Of a stretch of DNA of 64,000 bases, positions 41,419-53,569 are shown piece by piece (the first letter of the stretch is position 1; every line of letters begins with the position of its first letter). Origin of the DNA: Antedon mediterranea. Taxonomy: Eukaryota; Animalia; Echinodermata. The notes under the pieces were generated by a model. The model worked only from the letters and a program-made list of their open reading frames with translations. It had not been told where the DNA came from and searched no databases. The position numbers were made by a program, and so were the translations under genes. The stretch spans positions 3,033,812 through 3,097,811 of the forward strand of contig NC_092675.1 in NCBI RefSeq assembly GCF_964355755.1. Reading direction: 5' to 3'.

Positions 41419-41720
41419 GGGAGTGTGGCGCAGGGTGTTGAACGTTGGACTACTGATCGTGAGACCGAGGTTCAAATCTAACTCTCGCCGCATTGCTTGT
41501 ATCCTTTACGCAAGATACTTTACTTACGTATAGGTGTATAAATGGGTACCCGGTTAGATCAAGACACAACTTTGCACTGATTACTAGCTGCATTATGGGA
41601 GTATGTTTCCATACGTGTTTGATAACAAAAAAAAGACTGGGCTAATAATGTTCAGCGCTTAGAGGTTTCACAACATTAGGCGCTATATACATCCAGGATA
41701 TTAGGATATTATTATTATTA
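41419..41720 (+). mobile_element. tRNA-derived SINE, second family (CORE/V-like core, L2-like tail)
   Basis: A box gtggcgcagggtg and B box ggttcaaatc; core gtatcctttacgcaagatactttac...aggtgtataaatgggtacc; tail agcgcttagaggtttcac...aggcgctata, also present reversed at about 8085-8145. Confidence 0.65.
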
Positions 41721-41897
41721 TTAATACAATATGCCAAGGTTGTAATTGAGCTGAGGTGGATGGGTCATTGACACACCCATGATAATGACAAAACCTGTCG
41801 CCAACAGGGATCAACCCACCACACCCACTCTGTTTGTTACCCAGAAATAATTTACCCACACCCAATTTTAATTTTAACTGCTACATACTGTACATAC

Positions 41898-42007
41898 CTT
41901 GAATGTTGAATAATATCCACCCAAGCGTTACATTCCGTTTCAGTCTCAGAACGGAACTCAAACTGCCGTAAAACATCTCCCCGGAATTGAATTGTCAAAT
42001 ACCAATA
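41898..42007 (-). CDS. RASGRF: RasGRF coding exon 2 (end of PH1)
   Basis: tttcag|TAT...AG|gtatgt; 110 nt, phase 0 to 2; YWYLTIQFRGDVLRQFEFRSETETECNAWVDIIQHS is the PH C-terminal helix with the conserved W. Confidence 0.92.
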
Positions 42008-42999
42008 CTGAAATAGTTGAAAATTGTTAATTTAATTTTAAGCTAATTATACCGATAGTATTGGATCAATTGAATTAAATTAATCTTAGACCTTATATTT
42101 GAAAAATAAAGATTAAGTTTTATTATCATACAGTAGGTTAATATTCAAGAACGTAATGTATTGTAATATATAGAAAAAAAAATGATGAAAAACCGTTTTA
42201 CAGATTATTATAAACATAGTGATAATAGCAATAGAAATATATTGTTTGATGGTTTGCATGTCAAAAGTTGATATAAGTTTGCAGTACACCACGTAAATTT
42301 AGTTTTTTTTTCTCAATATACTTTGATCGTCCTGAGAAACTCAACAGTTCTTTTCAGAACTAAATATATATAGTGTACCGCAAACTTATATCAACATACT
42401 GTACAGTAGTGAAAAAAATGTTATATACATATACATATAATACAATGGAATAGAATAATTTTGGAGATGGGGAAATGGTATTCAGCACTTTATATTGTAT
42501 GATTTAATGATTGTGTATGAATATCAGGATTCATATCCAGATACCTACAGTACTGTACAATACGCTACATTAAACAAGACTTAGGGCCTGTTTAGTATCG
42601 CTAATTACATGCGTAAACATCACAGCAAAGGTTGGTGAGTAGAATAAACGAAAAGAGATTACGCATGATTACAAAACCATGGATAGTATGCATCAGGGAA
42701 TTTTGAGTTGGTTTCACCGAATCCGCATTTCGAGCAAATTCGATCAAAAGGAAGCCTAATTGTCACTATTTAATAAGGATAGATAAAATAAAATTTTATA
42801 TACATTACAACTGTAAATACTTTTAATGTAAATGTTTTGTTTGTTTATTGTTTTACCACACATGAAATAATTAAACATAGAAACAATCCATGTTTGGCTT
42901 ATCAGTTGCCCTCGGACCGGGAGAAACAACAAATTCAAGTAGGGCAACTAACAAGTAAAATGGTCTGTCTCGATGGGCAACCAAGTAAAATAACACAAA

Positions 43000-43398
43000 G
43001 GCACTGTTCAGACCCATGGCGTTAGACCATTTTAGCGTACGACGCTAAAAGAATGTGTATCTGAACAGTTGGGAATTAGCGTACAACGCGTCATACAACG
43101 GTTGTAGCGTTGTGGTGGAAAACGGTTGATAGTACCGTTTTAGCGTACAACGCTACTGTAAGTCAACGTTGTATCCAATCAGAGCGTTTCCTGTTATGAC
43201 GCGAAACAAGGTTTGACCTAGGCTGACATCTTGTATCGTCAATGTGTGAGAGATTGATTTCAACAACAAAAAGGCCAGAATAAATAAGGCCTAACTAGGC
43301 TACAAATACAAACTGTTAAAATAAACTAGGTATTACAAACTACATGTATCAACTGATTAAATGGTAAACGGTATAACGCCATGGGTCTGAACATAGCC
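43000..43398. mobile_element. ~400-bp MITE (Harbinger-like, GGC termini, 3-bp TSD AAA)
   Basis: ggcactgttcagacccatggcgtta ... taacgccatgggtctgaacatagcc. Confidence 0.75.
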
Positions 43399-43934
43399 AA
43401 AGATTACAACAATGTTTTGCTTCAGTTTTGGCCACCAAGGAATTAACAGGGTGGTCAAACCTCTGAAACTGGTTGACCTCAGAGCAACAAAACAAGTATT
43501 AAACATTATATATTATAACTACGAAATTTATACCATTGTTGAAAAGCCATTACAATTACAGTACTGTATCATACAGTAATATGGTTAATAAAATAATTGT
43601 ATTAATCACATCACTCTTTAATAAATAATTGCAAATCATTATGCATTTAAACACAATTTAAAATAATTTTCTGTTTGATATTGATAGAGTTAACATTTAT
43701 TTATACATAAATACACTACAGGATCAGTTAATTTACGTTTTGCTAGCGATGCCGATTAGTAATTTCAACATTCTGAATAATGTATACAAAAATACAGATT
43801 GTTAAATAGAGAATTTCCTATAATTCTTTTCTGTCTGTCCTCAGGCCCAATATTACTAAGCATCATGAATCGGTTCAATAAAACGTAAATTAATTCTGTG
43901 GACATGAAGAAATAGATGCAAATTATGTTGCAGA

Positions 43935-44240
43935 AGACTGATCGTTATTACAAAAGAAAGTTTACATGGATAGGAGAGTCACTCTGATCTTGGGTTATGT
44001 TCACACACGCAAACTAACAGTTGTCATTATATAGGATAGAAGAGAAGAAACCTGATCCTTTTTACAAAAGAAGGTTTACATGGATATGAGAGTCACTCTG
44101 ATCTTAGGTTATTTTCACACACGCAAAATAACGGTTATCATTCTAGGATAGAAGAGCAGAAACCTGATCCTTATTACAAAAGAAAGCTTACATAGATTGG
44201 ATAGTCACTCTGATCTTAGGTTATGTTCACACACGAAAAC
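43935..44240. repeat. ~113-bp tandem repeat, about 2.7 copies
   Basis: ttacaaaagaa...agtcactctgatctt.ggttat.ttcacacacg repeated three times. Confidence 0.85.
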
Positions 44241-45223
44241 AACGTTTGCAATTCAGAAAGAAAAGTCTGTCCGCTCACATTTATGATAAGTCAGAATATT
44301 TTACCGAAAATCAAACAATCACAGAGGTCATACAGTACAGGAAATTTCTACTTATAAACAAAATTGCGCAACCAATCAGAGTAAAAAAATTAATTCTCGC
44401 GTCTTCATGAGCAATCAAACAAATCAGCAGAAATGCAATAAATATGAAAAATAATGCTAACTGTATTTTTATTTTGAAACAAGCACAAAATTTATCTCTG
44501 GAAAATGGTTTGATTTTAAAAACATCTAATGAAAAATATACTAGAAAGTTATTTGAACTACCTGAAATTTATACTTTACTGTAATGTGAAGTTAATTCAA
44601 TTTGATCTGAACTAACACAGATACAATAAACTCAACCAAGTCATTAGCCCAACATTTTGACAATTCTTCTTCAGCTCGCATTCATAGTGTAGATATTCTG
44701 TTACCACATTTATGGAGAGAAATTTGATGTGAAGCTCACAAAAACCTGTTGACATGAAATATTTAGGAATGTTTATCTGGAAAAAAAAAATATCCATGAT
44801 GACGCCAACTTACACTTAACCTCGCGCCTACTTTTATACTTCGCATGCCCCAATCTCAATTTTCTAGGAGTGATAAACTACACATTTGTCATCATGTGAA
44901 AATGTCAAGATCACTCCTGAAAAACAACTATTTTCAATTTATGATGATTTTATGAAATTTAATTTAATTAATACCGGTAATTAATTATAACAGGAATAAA
45001 GATGTCACGCTCCGATGAACACAGAGGCTTTCGAGACTGAACAAAGTGTTCCCTGAATTAGGGGTTGACCTTAATATTAAAACATTAATTAAATTCAATT
45101 CAACATTTATATCGACTAAAATCAGCAAACATTATTTGCTCAATGGACGACACAAAGACGCAAAAAAGTCTGTCAATGCATTATTCATAGGCAGGGACTC
45201 GAACCAGTTGAAGAATACATTGG

Positions 45224-45420
45224 GCAGAGAAAGCATTGGGTAGAAAGGGTGGAGGAAGCATTGGGTAGAAAGGGTGGCGGAAGAATTGGGTGGAGGGGTG
45301 GAGAAAGAATTGGGTAGAGGGGTGGAGAAAGAATTGGGTAGAGGGGTGGAGAAAGAATTGGGTAGAGAGGTGGAGAAAGCATTGGGTGGCGAGGCGGAGA
45401 AATCAATGGGTGGAGAGGCA
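45224..45420. repeat. Purine-rich ~24-bp minisatellite
   Basis: gaattgggtagaggggtggagaaa repeats. Confidence 0.85.
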
Positions 45421-46771
45421 ATATGCGGACATATTAAATTTGTAAAATTAATTTATAAAATGTAGTAAAATGACCTTCTCATCAAAATTAATGTCTCTCA
45501 TTGTTGTGCTATGTCAACATAATGTCAATGACGGCGAAATGTCCCCAATAATGGGGATAGCTATGCAAACAAGTAACAAGTAAGTAAGTAAAGTAGTACC
45601 ATAATAATCTCATACATACTATCAGTATTGTACTATTCTATTTAATAATTACAGTTTATAAAAGCACAGGATGACAGAAATTTACCTATTGAATTAGCAA
45701 CAATAAAAGATTAAAGAGAAGAGTAATGATTTAAATGTGTCTAGCGAATTCATTTTACTATTAAAATGCATTTTATGTCATGTTTAACACCATCGTGCCA
45801 CTTTTCACACCTCTGTGCTGAAAACACAAAACTATTATCGAAAAATCAATCTATATTTAAGTATCAGTCTCTTGAAATTTAATTGGAACTGCTTTTGATT
45901 TAATAGCTAAAGTACATTTATGATGCATTACAGATATTGAACGTGTTCTTAGCTTGTCACCGTGAAACAATTTATATTCATTAAGTTTAAGTGAGAATCT
46001 CTTTTATTCATGACATAAATTAAACCTCAACACTGAGACTGTTTAATCCTCATACCTGTTGAAAATCAAAACATCCACTTTCAACTTTCACATTATTGGT
46101 AGAATTGATTAAACAGTATTATTATTCTTTTTAAAATGTCATGTTTTTTGTATCAATCTGAATGCATTGCAGAGATACTTTTATAACATTCAGGGGTGCT
46201 GTAGGTGTGCTGTTTGTATTTTGGTATGTAGAAGTTTACCAAATTTAAGCGTGTTTGTAAATCGCACTCCTCAAGGGCAGTTTAGGAGTGTGTTAGGTGA
46301 GTGATTGCATTCGCTCGCCTTTAAAGAAGGCCTGATTATTAGGACAAGCAAATCTAAAAAAATTTAAGGAAAATGCCTTTAAACATAAGTTGCCCTGTAA
46401 TGTCCCATTTCAGAAGACAATACATCAACTACAATGAATGTAAAATGGTGTTGATTAGTAAAAGCAGTAAACAATGATTACACTAATGAAGACAGACGAC
46501 AATAATGAAGATAGTGATGATAATGATTATCATACTAAATATTAATTCAAAATGTTGATTAAAGTAATTACTAGATATTAGCTAGCGTATCCTCAGTGTA
46601 CCAAACTATTGTGGTATGTCATGCATGAATGCTCATAGGCGGTCTATCCTTACTGTACTATCTAGTATACTGTACTTTTACTATAGTTTAATTCAACTCT
46701 GTAGGAATTGTATACATTTTCAATTAAGAAAGATTCGCAGTAGTGTGACAACCTCAATTCATTTTTTAAAA

Positions 46772-47088
46772 TAAATTGTATTGTCTACCAAAAACATGAA
46801 ATGAAGATTAATAAAATCAGACTTTAAATACTGTAGGTCATTTTGCAGTTTTAATAAAGTTATTCACAAAGTTATTTCACTTACAGTACAAAAAGACAAA
46901 AGAAATGCTTAATTTTAACCAAATCTGACAGACAATTTAAGTATTTTTTGATTTAAATAACATTTTTTTCACGTAAATAATCCGTTTTTCTATTCAGTTT
47001 TTGGTCAAGGTAAATAAATATTACGCGACATTAAAAATGGTATATTTAAAAAAAAAATTTTTAGGGGGACAATATACAGTATCTTTAA
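46772..47088. mobile_element. Diverged copy of the TTAA-AGATGTATTGT MITE family
   Basis: Co-linear with 53228-53569 (aaaaacatga...aagattaataaaa...tttttggtcaa...ggggacaata...atctttaa). Confidence 0.7.
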
Positions 47089-48194
47089 AATATTTAATTA
47101 AACTATTTTGTGTATTTTATATTAATAATAAAACAAAGCAGCACTACGTCAGTAAAATGATTTGTGGAATAAATTTAACTGCTTGCTTTAATACACCAAT
47201 AGAACCCCTACTAAAGAGAAAACTTTGTGACTCTCTCCTTTAATAGTGATGTCCACTGAATACGGATTAGGTGTAAACTGTAGTCTAAAAATGCAATATT
47301 ACCCCTCATTCCTTTTCATTTAATTTTATTTCAGTTCATTCAATATTACAGACAACATAACAAAAATAAGGGATAAAGAAAACACTATTGACTGAATGAA
47401 CTGAGGATAACCCAATAAAAAACTTGTTTCCATTGGAGTCCCCTTTAAGCAGAAAGCATCTCTTTCGGAATCTCAATAAACAGTGTTTCAAAAGAGAAAA
47501 CTTGTCGGCTTTATTTTTTATAAAATAAGCAAAAAAAGTAATCTCCATCTCAACAAATCATAAAGGTCTTTACCCTGCAATTAATTAGCTGTGATGCTAA
47601 TTACATATGATAGGTAACATCACTCCGTCTGTCATGTGACATAATTTGTGGTTCGGAACATTTGATTTACACTTCTCATTATGTTCATGATTAAATGCTA
47701 GCTTGCACAGGATTTGTACTATGTCTAAATTAAATTATCTGTCTAACAAACTGCAAAGATTCTGTGAAAAAATAAATTCAGCGGGCATTGTCTCGTAGTT
47801 ACATCGACACTGTAATCCGGAAAAAAAATAAATGACAATCATTATAACATTTCCATTTCGTTGGGAATTTTTTCTGATTACTGTATATTAATAAAACTTC
47901 ATGAAATCTATACAGCCCTTTAGTAATATTTGGTTTGATTTCCTCTTACAGTAACACTCCACTTGTATGTACAGTAGTTAAAAAGCAGTAAACAATTTGT
48001 GATAAACACTAAAACAGTATTGAAAATGATATGGCTAAGGGTGTAGGATCTTACTATAGATGCCCATCACCATACTCTATGGTTTTGTATCTTTTGTCTT
48101 AATCAGAAATACCTAACAATTTACAATACTTTACAAAATAAGATGATTACAAGGAGCATTTGTAGCAGTAATATAGCATACCTGTAGGCCTTGA

Positions 48195-48352
48195 CTTTTT
48201 AAAATTGTAGGTGTGCTACAAATTGCACTCCTAATTATATTCAGGGGTGCTGTAGGCAGGCTATTTGTATTTTGGTGTGTAGAAGTTTACCAAATGTAAG
48301 CTTGTTGTAAATCGAACACCTCAAGGGAAGTTTAGGAGTTTGTTAGGCGAAT
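48195..48352. repeat. Interspersed repeat fragment (also at ~46130-46305 and ~39600-39715)
   Basis: Shared ttcaggggtgctgtagg...agaagtttaccaaat...ctcaaggg.agtttaggagt. Confidence 0.75.
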
Positions 48353-48413
48353 TATCTCACTCGCTTACCTCAAAAGAAAAGGCCTGAATGAAAGTATTAT
48401 AAAAGTTGTTTAC

Positions 48414-48674
48414 CTGCTTTTCATCTCTAGAACTGCGAGCGTTAGCGTAACGCTCGCAGTAACATCCTTCTATCAGCAGTACGCCGATTGGCCGTAACAC
48501 TGTATCGTTTTCATAATAAAACAGTAAATTCTGATAAAGTGTGCACCAGCGTATCTTCCATTTTTGCCCGTCCGAACTTTTTTTCTGTAGATATCCACAT
48601 ATTGAGTTGTCCGTCTTTGCTCTGGATGCCAAGTGCAAAAGTTGTGTTTCGTCCAATCTTATCGCTTTCTGCAT
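48414..48674 (-). CDS. RASGRF: RasGRF coding exon 1 (N-terminal PH1 domain)
   Basis: MQKAIRLDETQLLHLASRAK...GYLQKKSSDGQKWKIRWCTLYQNLLFYYE closely matches the vertebrate RASGRF1 N-terminus as I recall it (MQKAIRLNDG...). ATG is in ACCATG context. Donor CAG|GTAAAC, phase 0. Upstream acceptor tttttaaag| at 48716. Confidence 0.95.
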
Positions 48675-50612
48675 GGTTCTTTAGTGTCTCGTTGTACACA
48701 CTGCATTCTAACACATCTTTAAAAATGAACAAATGAAGGATTAAGGTTTTAAAATAATAACATTGACATGAATGTTTACATACATGATATAGTATTTAAA
48801 ATGTTAAAGTCATCGTTATCGGTATTTTTTAAAACATTGATGTGAAAACAGACATTTAAAAGAAAAATAACGCTAAAACAACATTTTTATTGTTTTTTTT
48901 TTTTTATTTATTTAGTAAACGTACTACAGTATAATTTTTAAGTAAGATAAAATAATGTACGGTATCAACAGATTTGGCAAAGATTTCTTGAAAACAGACA
49001 TCCCTTATTTAAATATAATGTAATATGAGATTTTGTTCCCATTTCTGGTTTTTTTCAAGAAATCTTGAAAACAGAGACCCCATACAGTAAGTATTAATAT
49101 TATATTGAGTTTTTGTTAGGATCTCTGTTTTTGGGATTTCTGTTTTCAAAACACCTCATTGAGATGTACAAGCATTTTTTTTTTATTTCTTGCGATGTGA
49201 ATGCGTTAATACTGTATTTTCTAGATGTTTGCCGTGAAAAGTGATTGGAAGTTGGAGTTCCCTGGGTTGAGAATGTGTGGCACCCGGAATAATTGAATCT
49301 TTTTTAAAAACTACCTCGATTACGAGATTCTCATATAACATTAAGCAGGTCAAAGGTCATTAATACAGTAGGTCAATGAAGATACTTTTACATGCTCATG
49401 TTATATAGATCAATAATAATGCATTTTGATTATTATTTCATTTAGGAAGCATCTAATTTGACAGTTAGCTGGTATCCTATTTCACCAGACAGCCTAAATG
49501 TGATTACTGTTACTATGACAACTTGATTAACATCATGTAAACCAAAAAGATGCTTCTCACATTATGGCACATCTATTCTAATACAACTAAAAAAAAGTCA
49601 TAATTAATTTGATATTAAAATTAAATCAATTGTCTGTACCCCAGCTGATCATCAGATTACATCTTTAAAGGGTCAACCCAATCTATTTAGGGGACACCCC
49701 TATATTAATGGGCAAGTCTGTTGGCTCAAAGGTTGACCAATCAGTTGACCTGATGGAGTGAGCCCGTTGGGTTGAGTGACCATGATAGAAAAAAGCCCTT
49801 AGAAGATCCGGTGCTAATCTTGTTGAAAAAAAAAAAGTGGTGCGATATTTGTGTGTTGTGTATTCAAATAAAATGACTAAAACCACCTCCCATTTAAAAT
49901 GTTTGAAAGGGCTTCAGAAATATATTTTCTAGGAGGTGAATCCTCATACATAGAAATTGATATGGTAGGATGAAAAAAAGATTTGATGAGAATGTTTAAT
50001 ATATCATCATCTAATATTGAGTGTTTTATTGAGGCATTTTCTTGTATAAACTGAGAAATGTAAAACATGTGATGAAAGATACACAGAACAGGCTAAATAT
50101 AATAGTAATAACAAATGTTTGCAATATAAAAATATGAATATGAATGGCTGGAAACATATACATAAATTGGCAAAGAACATTACAACACTCAGACACTAGC
50201 TAGCTATGCCTAGGTCTACAGTATCTCTCCTTAAACAAACTACACACATCTATTATATTGTGATTAAAAATGATAAATACTGTATCCATTTTCCGATCGA
50301 TTGAATTTCAGTGTTAGATTGACGGCCTAGCTCTCCCTAATCGAATACATACAAAGGGTACCTACATTGTGCTTGATAGGCAACACAAGTCGCTCAGTCA
50401 ACATCATCACAGGTGGTGGTGGTAACACACAGTACAGCTGGGTTTTACCACAGCCTAGCGTCTGGGCTAAATCTATTCTAGGCCTATATCAAATTAACAA
50501 TATAGATACTGACCAATAACTCACAAAGCTTAGTTATCCTTATAAAATCCCGTTATACTATCCAATATGCAACATTTCTGTCAATTCACCTTCATCATTT
50601 ACGATCACGTAC

Positions 50613-50720
50613 CTCTGCTGTTATATTGTACAGTTTGACAAATCCAGCAGTCAAAACAAACCACCAAACACATCATCACCTGGTGGTGGCCTGGGGAAAT
50701 AAAATGAGGGCGCTGTAAAC
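50613..50720 (-). promoter_or_regulatory. Candidate non-coding first exon / promoter of RasGRF
   Basis: Coding exon 1 has an acceptor-like site at 48716, implying an upstream exon. A good donor CAGAG|GTACGT lies at 50613 in a locally GC-richer patch with a duplicated acatcatcac(a/ct)ggtggtgg motif (50401, about 50669). The 5' boundary is unknown. Confidence 0.3.
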
Positions 50721-50859
50721 AATTTGGATACTTTCACTTTTTCCAAGATCTTTTAATAGACGACTTTTTTCAAAGTTAAGAAGATGAAATGTTTTAACCT
50801 ACATTGCTGTATGCATTAAATACCTTATGCATGCTGAAGAATTTGTTGCCTTAATTGAA

Positions 50860-51037
50860 ACAGACTACTGTTGTACTATGATGTTAAATAAAAATACAAT
50901 TGCGACCTCTAGCAAAACAGTCTACTGCTGCTGCTGCTATGATGATAAATAAAAATATCTTTGCGACCTCTAGCAAAACAGACTACTGCTGCTACTTTGA
51001 CGATAAATAAAAATATCATTGCGACCTCTAGCAAAAT
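50860..51037. repeat. ~60-bp tandem repeat x3
   Basis: aaataaaaata...ttgcgacctctagcaaaa repeated. Confidence 0.85.
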
Positions 51038-51721
51038 CGGTAACTTTATTTATTCGGTACAGGTATAGTCCACGTCGTGAAATAGAAAATGTACATGTGA
51101 TATACGAATATCATTCTATTGTGGTTATTACTATTATTTTACTATAATATAAATTAAAATCATGGTCATTCGATTACAAAATATACTTTAACAAAACAGG
51201 ATAATATTTCGCCTACAGAATTTAGTTCTCTAGTCACTCGACCATTTTTTAAAGGTGCTTTTAGAACAAAACGCAAGCAGAGTAGGCCTAATCGAAAGTC
51301 CTTAGTAGTAGGGTCCTGCAGACCTTACTAGACCATTATTTTTATTTTATATCACTCTGTGCTCGCCTGATTCCAAATTGGGTACACTTGAGTACATTGT
51401 ATTAAAATACGAAAAGATATTACAATTCAGTGACTTATTTCTATTTTGTATCACTAGAAAAGTAAAGTAACAACAACATGTGAACAATGTGTGTGGAATA
51501 TTGAAAATCTTGAGATGAGCTTAATTCTAAATTTGAATATTTAACATCAAAGTTTCTGGTATCGAGTCACATCAATGTGCCGATATTTCTTTAGTACCGT
51601 AGGCCTATGATACCATTTACCACCACTACCAAGCCATGTTTCAGGTAGTACCTTCTCCAACCACCCTGGTTTGTCGTAGTATATTGGTAATATACCGTAA
51701 TGTTGAAACGATCAAGATACG

Positions 51722-52400
51722 TGTACCGTACTTTATTGAGGTAAGCTGCAGTTTCTGAAACCACCAGGATTTTCTACCGTACTTTATTGAGGTAAGCTGC
51801 AGTTTCTGCAACCACCCAGGATTTCGTACAGTACTGTATTGAGGTAAGTTGCAGTTTGCAACCACACAGGATTTTTTTACCGTACTGTTGTGAGGTAAGC
51901 TGCAGTTTCTACAACCAGCCTGGATTTTAGTCCGTACTGTATTGAGGTAAGCTGTAGTTTCTGCAACCAGCCAGGATTTTAGACCGTACTGTATTGGGGT
52001 AAGCTGCAGTTTCTGCAACCAGCTAGGATTTAGTCCGTACTGTATTGAGGTAAGCTGTAGTTTCTGCAACCATCCAGTTTAGTCCGTTCTGTATTGAGGT
52101 GAGCTGCAGTTTCTGCAACCAGCCAGGATTTAGTCCGTACTGTATTGAGGTCCCGATTGAGGTAAGCTGTAGTTTCTGCAACCATCCAGTTTAGTCCGTA
52201 CTGTATTGGGGTAAGCTGCAGTTTCTGCAACCATCCAGTTTAGTCCGTACTGTATTGAGGTAAGCTGTAGTTTCTGTACCCATCCAGTTTAGTCCGTTCT
52301 GTATTGAGGTAAGCTGTAGTTTCTGCAACCACTCAGGATTTCGTACCGTACTTTATTGAGGTACGGTAAGCTGCAGTTTCTGCAACCACCCAGGATTTTC
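51722..52400. repeat. ~51-bp minisatellite, about 13 copies
   Basis: ccgtactgtattgaggtaagctgcagtttctgcaacca...ggattt units. Confidence 0.93.
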
Positions 52401-53227
52401 GTATCCGCTCTCATAATTGATATTTTAGACTGATTTTACAGCCGAAAGTTACCGCCTCTTGAAATTAAATCTAAACCTGTGGTGACTTGTCATAATTCCT
52501 TCTGCACTATAATAATATTCTGTCGTGTTCACCCAAAATCAAATCAATGTGTCGCTTACGACGGCCTGTTTCTCGAAATAAAACCCAATATTGGTGTATA
52601 ATATATATAGAATATAAATTATGTAATTTATTCATAAATTATTAATTTCCTTTTTATTATCGAACTTTCAGTGATGAAGGAACGTTCGCATATTTGGACT
52701 GCCCACGATGGCGTTCGTGGGCGTGCGATTTTTAAATATCATCAAGCAGCAATGAACTAACAATTATTCTGTTGGGAGCTATAATAATTCTATTATTAGA
52801 CACAAGCGACTAAGGTGAATTGCAGAGACTTATACATCAGGGCATTATTCACAAATTTGTATAAATAATTATACGTTTGCGGGTATTTTTTCACACCATT
52901 TACCAGGCTAGGTGACTTACCAAACATACAAAAAAACCTTCATAAAGGCGTATTACTAGTTGGAATGGTTTTCACCTTTACATTGTAAATGATAAATTGA
53001 ATTTGCAATGAATTTCAATAATATAGGCCCCCGCAAAATAATTTACTTCAGACAGAATAATAGATAACTAATGGGAAATGATATTATGTTTGATCGGTCA
53101 TTCCTGGATATGAGCGAAGAACTTTAAAAATAAAATAAGTATAAAATGTAATGCCATAGTAAGTGATAACATGAGGGAAATGTGTATGTTATGTCCTCTT
53201 ATTATATTTATAATGTGATGTCTTTCT

Positions 53228-53569
53228 TTAAAGATGTATTGTCCCAAAAAACATGACAAATTAAGATTAATAAAAGACTTTGAATAGATTATTTTGTAGT
53301 TTTAACACAGTTAATCACTTCCGTAGAAAATAACGGAAACATTAATGATTTTCACTTATAAAATGATAAAAATAAATGGTTCAATTCAACAAAAAACCCA
53401 TTGGTTGACAGCCAATTTGACTATTTGGTTTAACAATTTTCAGGTAAATATTTTTTTTTTCTCGATCCAATTTTTGGTCAAAGTGGATAACTATTATGTG
53501 ACATTAAAATAGCATATTAAAAAAAAAGGTGTTAAGAATTACTTTTTCTGGGGGACAATACATCTTTAA
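53228..53569. mobile_element. ~340-bp MITE, TTAA TSD, TIR AGATGTATTGTCCC (Kolobok-like)
   Basis: Perfect ttaaagatgtattgtccc ... gggacaatacatctttaa; relatives at 8691, about 27226 and 46772. Confidence 0.85.

Noticed and set aside
45185-45465. Pro-rich and GVEKELGR repeat ORFs
   Set aside because: Translations of the 24-bp minisatellite.
51641-52230. 142-aa and 66-aa repetitive ORFs
   Set aside because: Translations of the 51-bp minisatellite.
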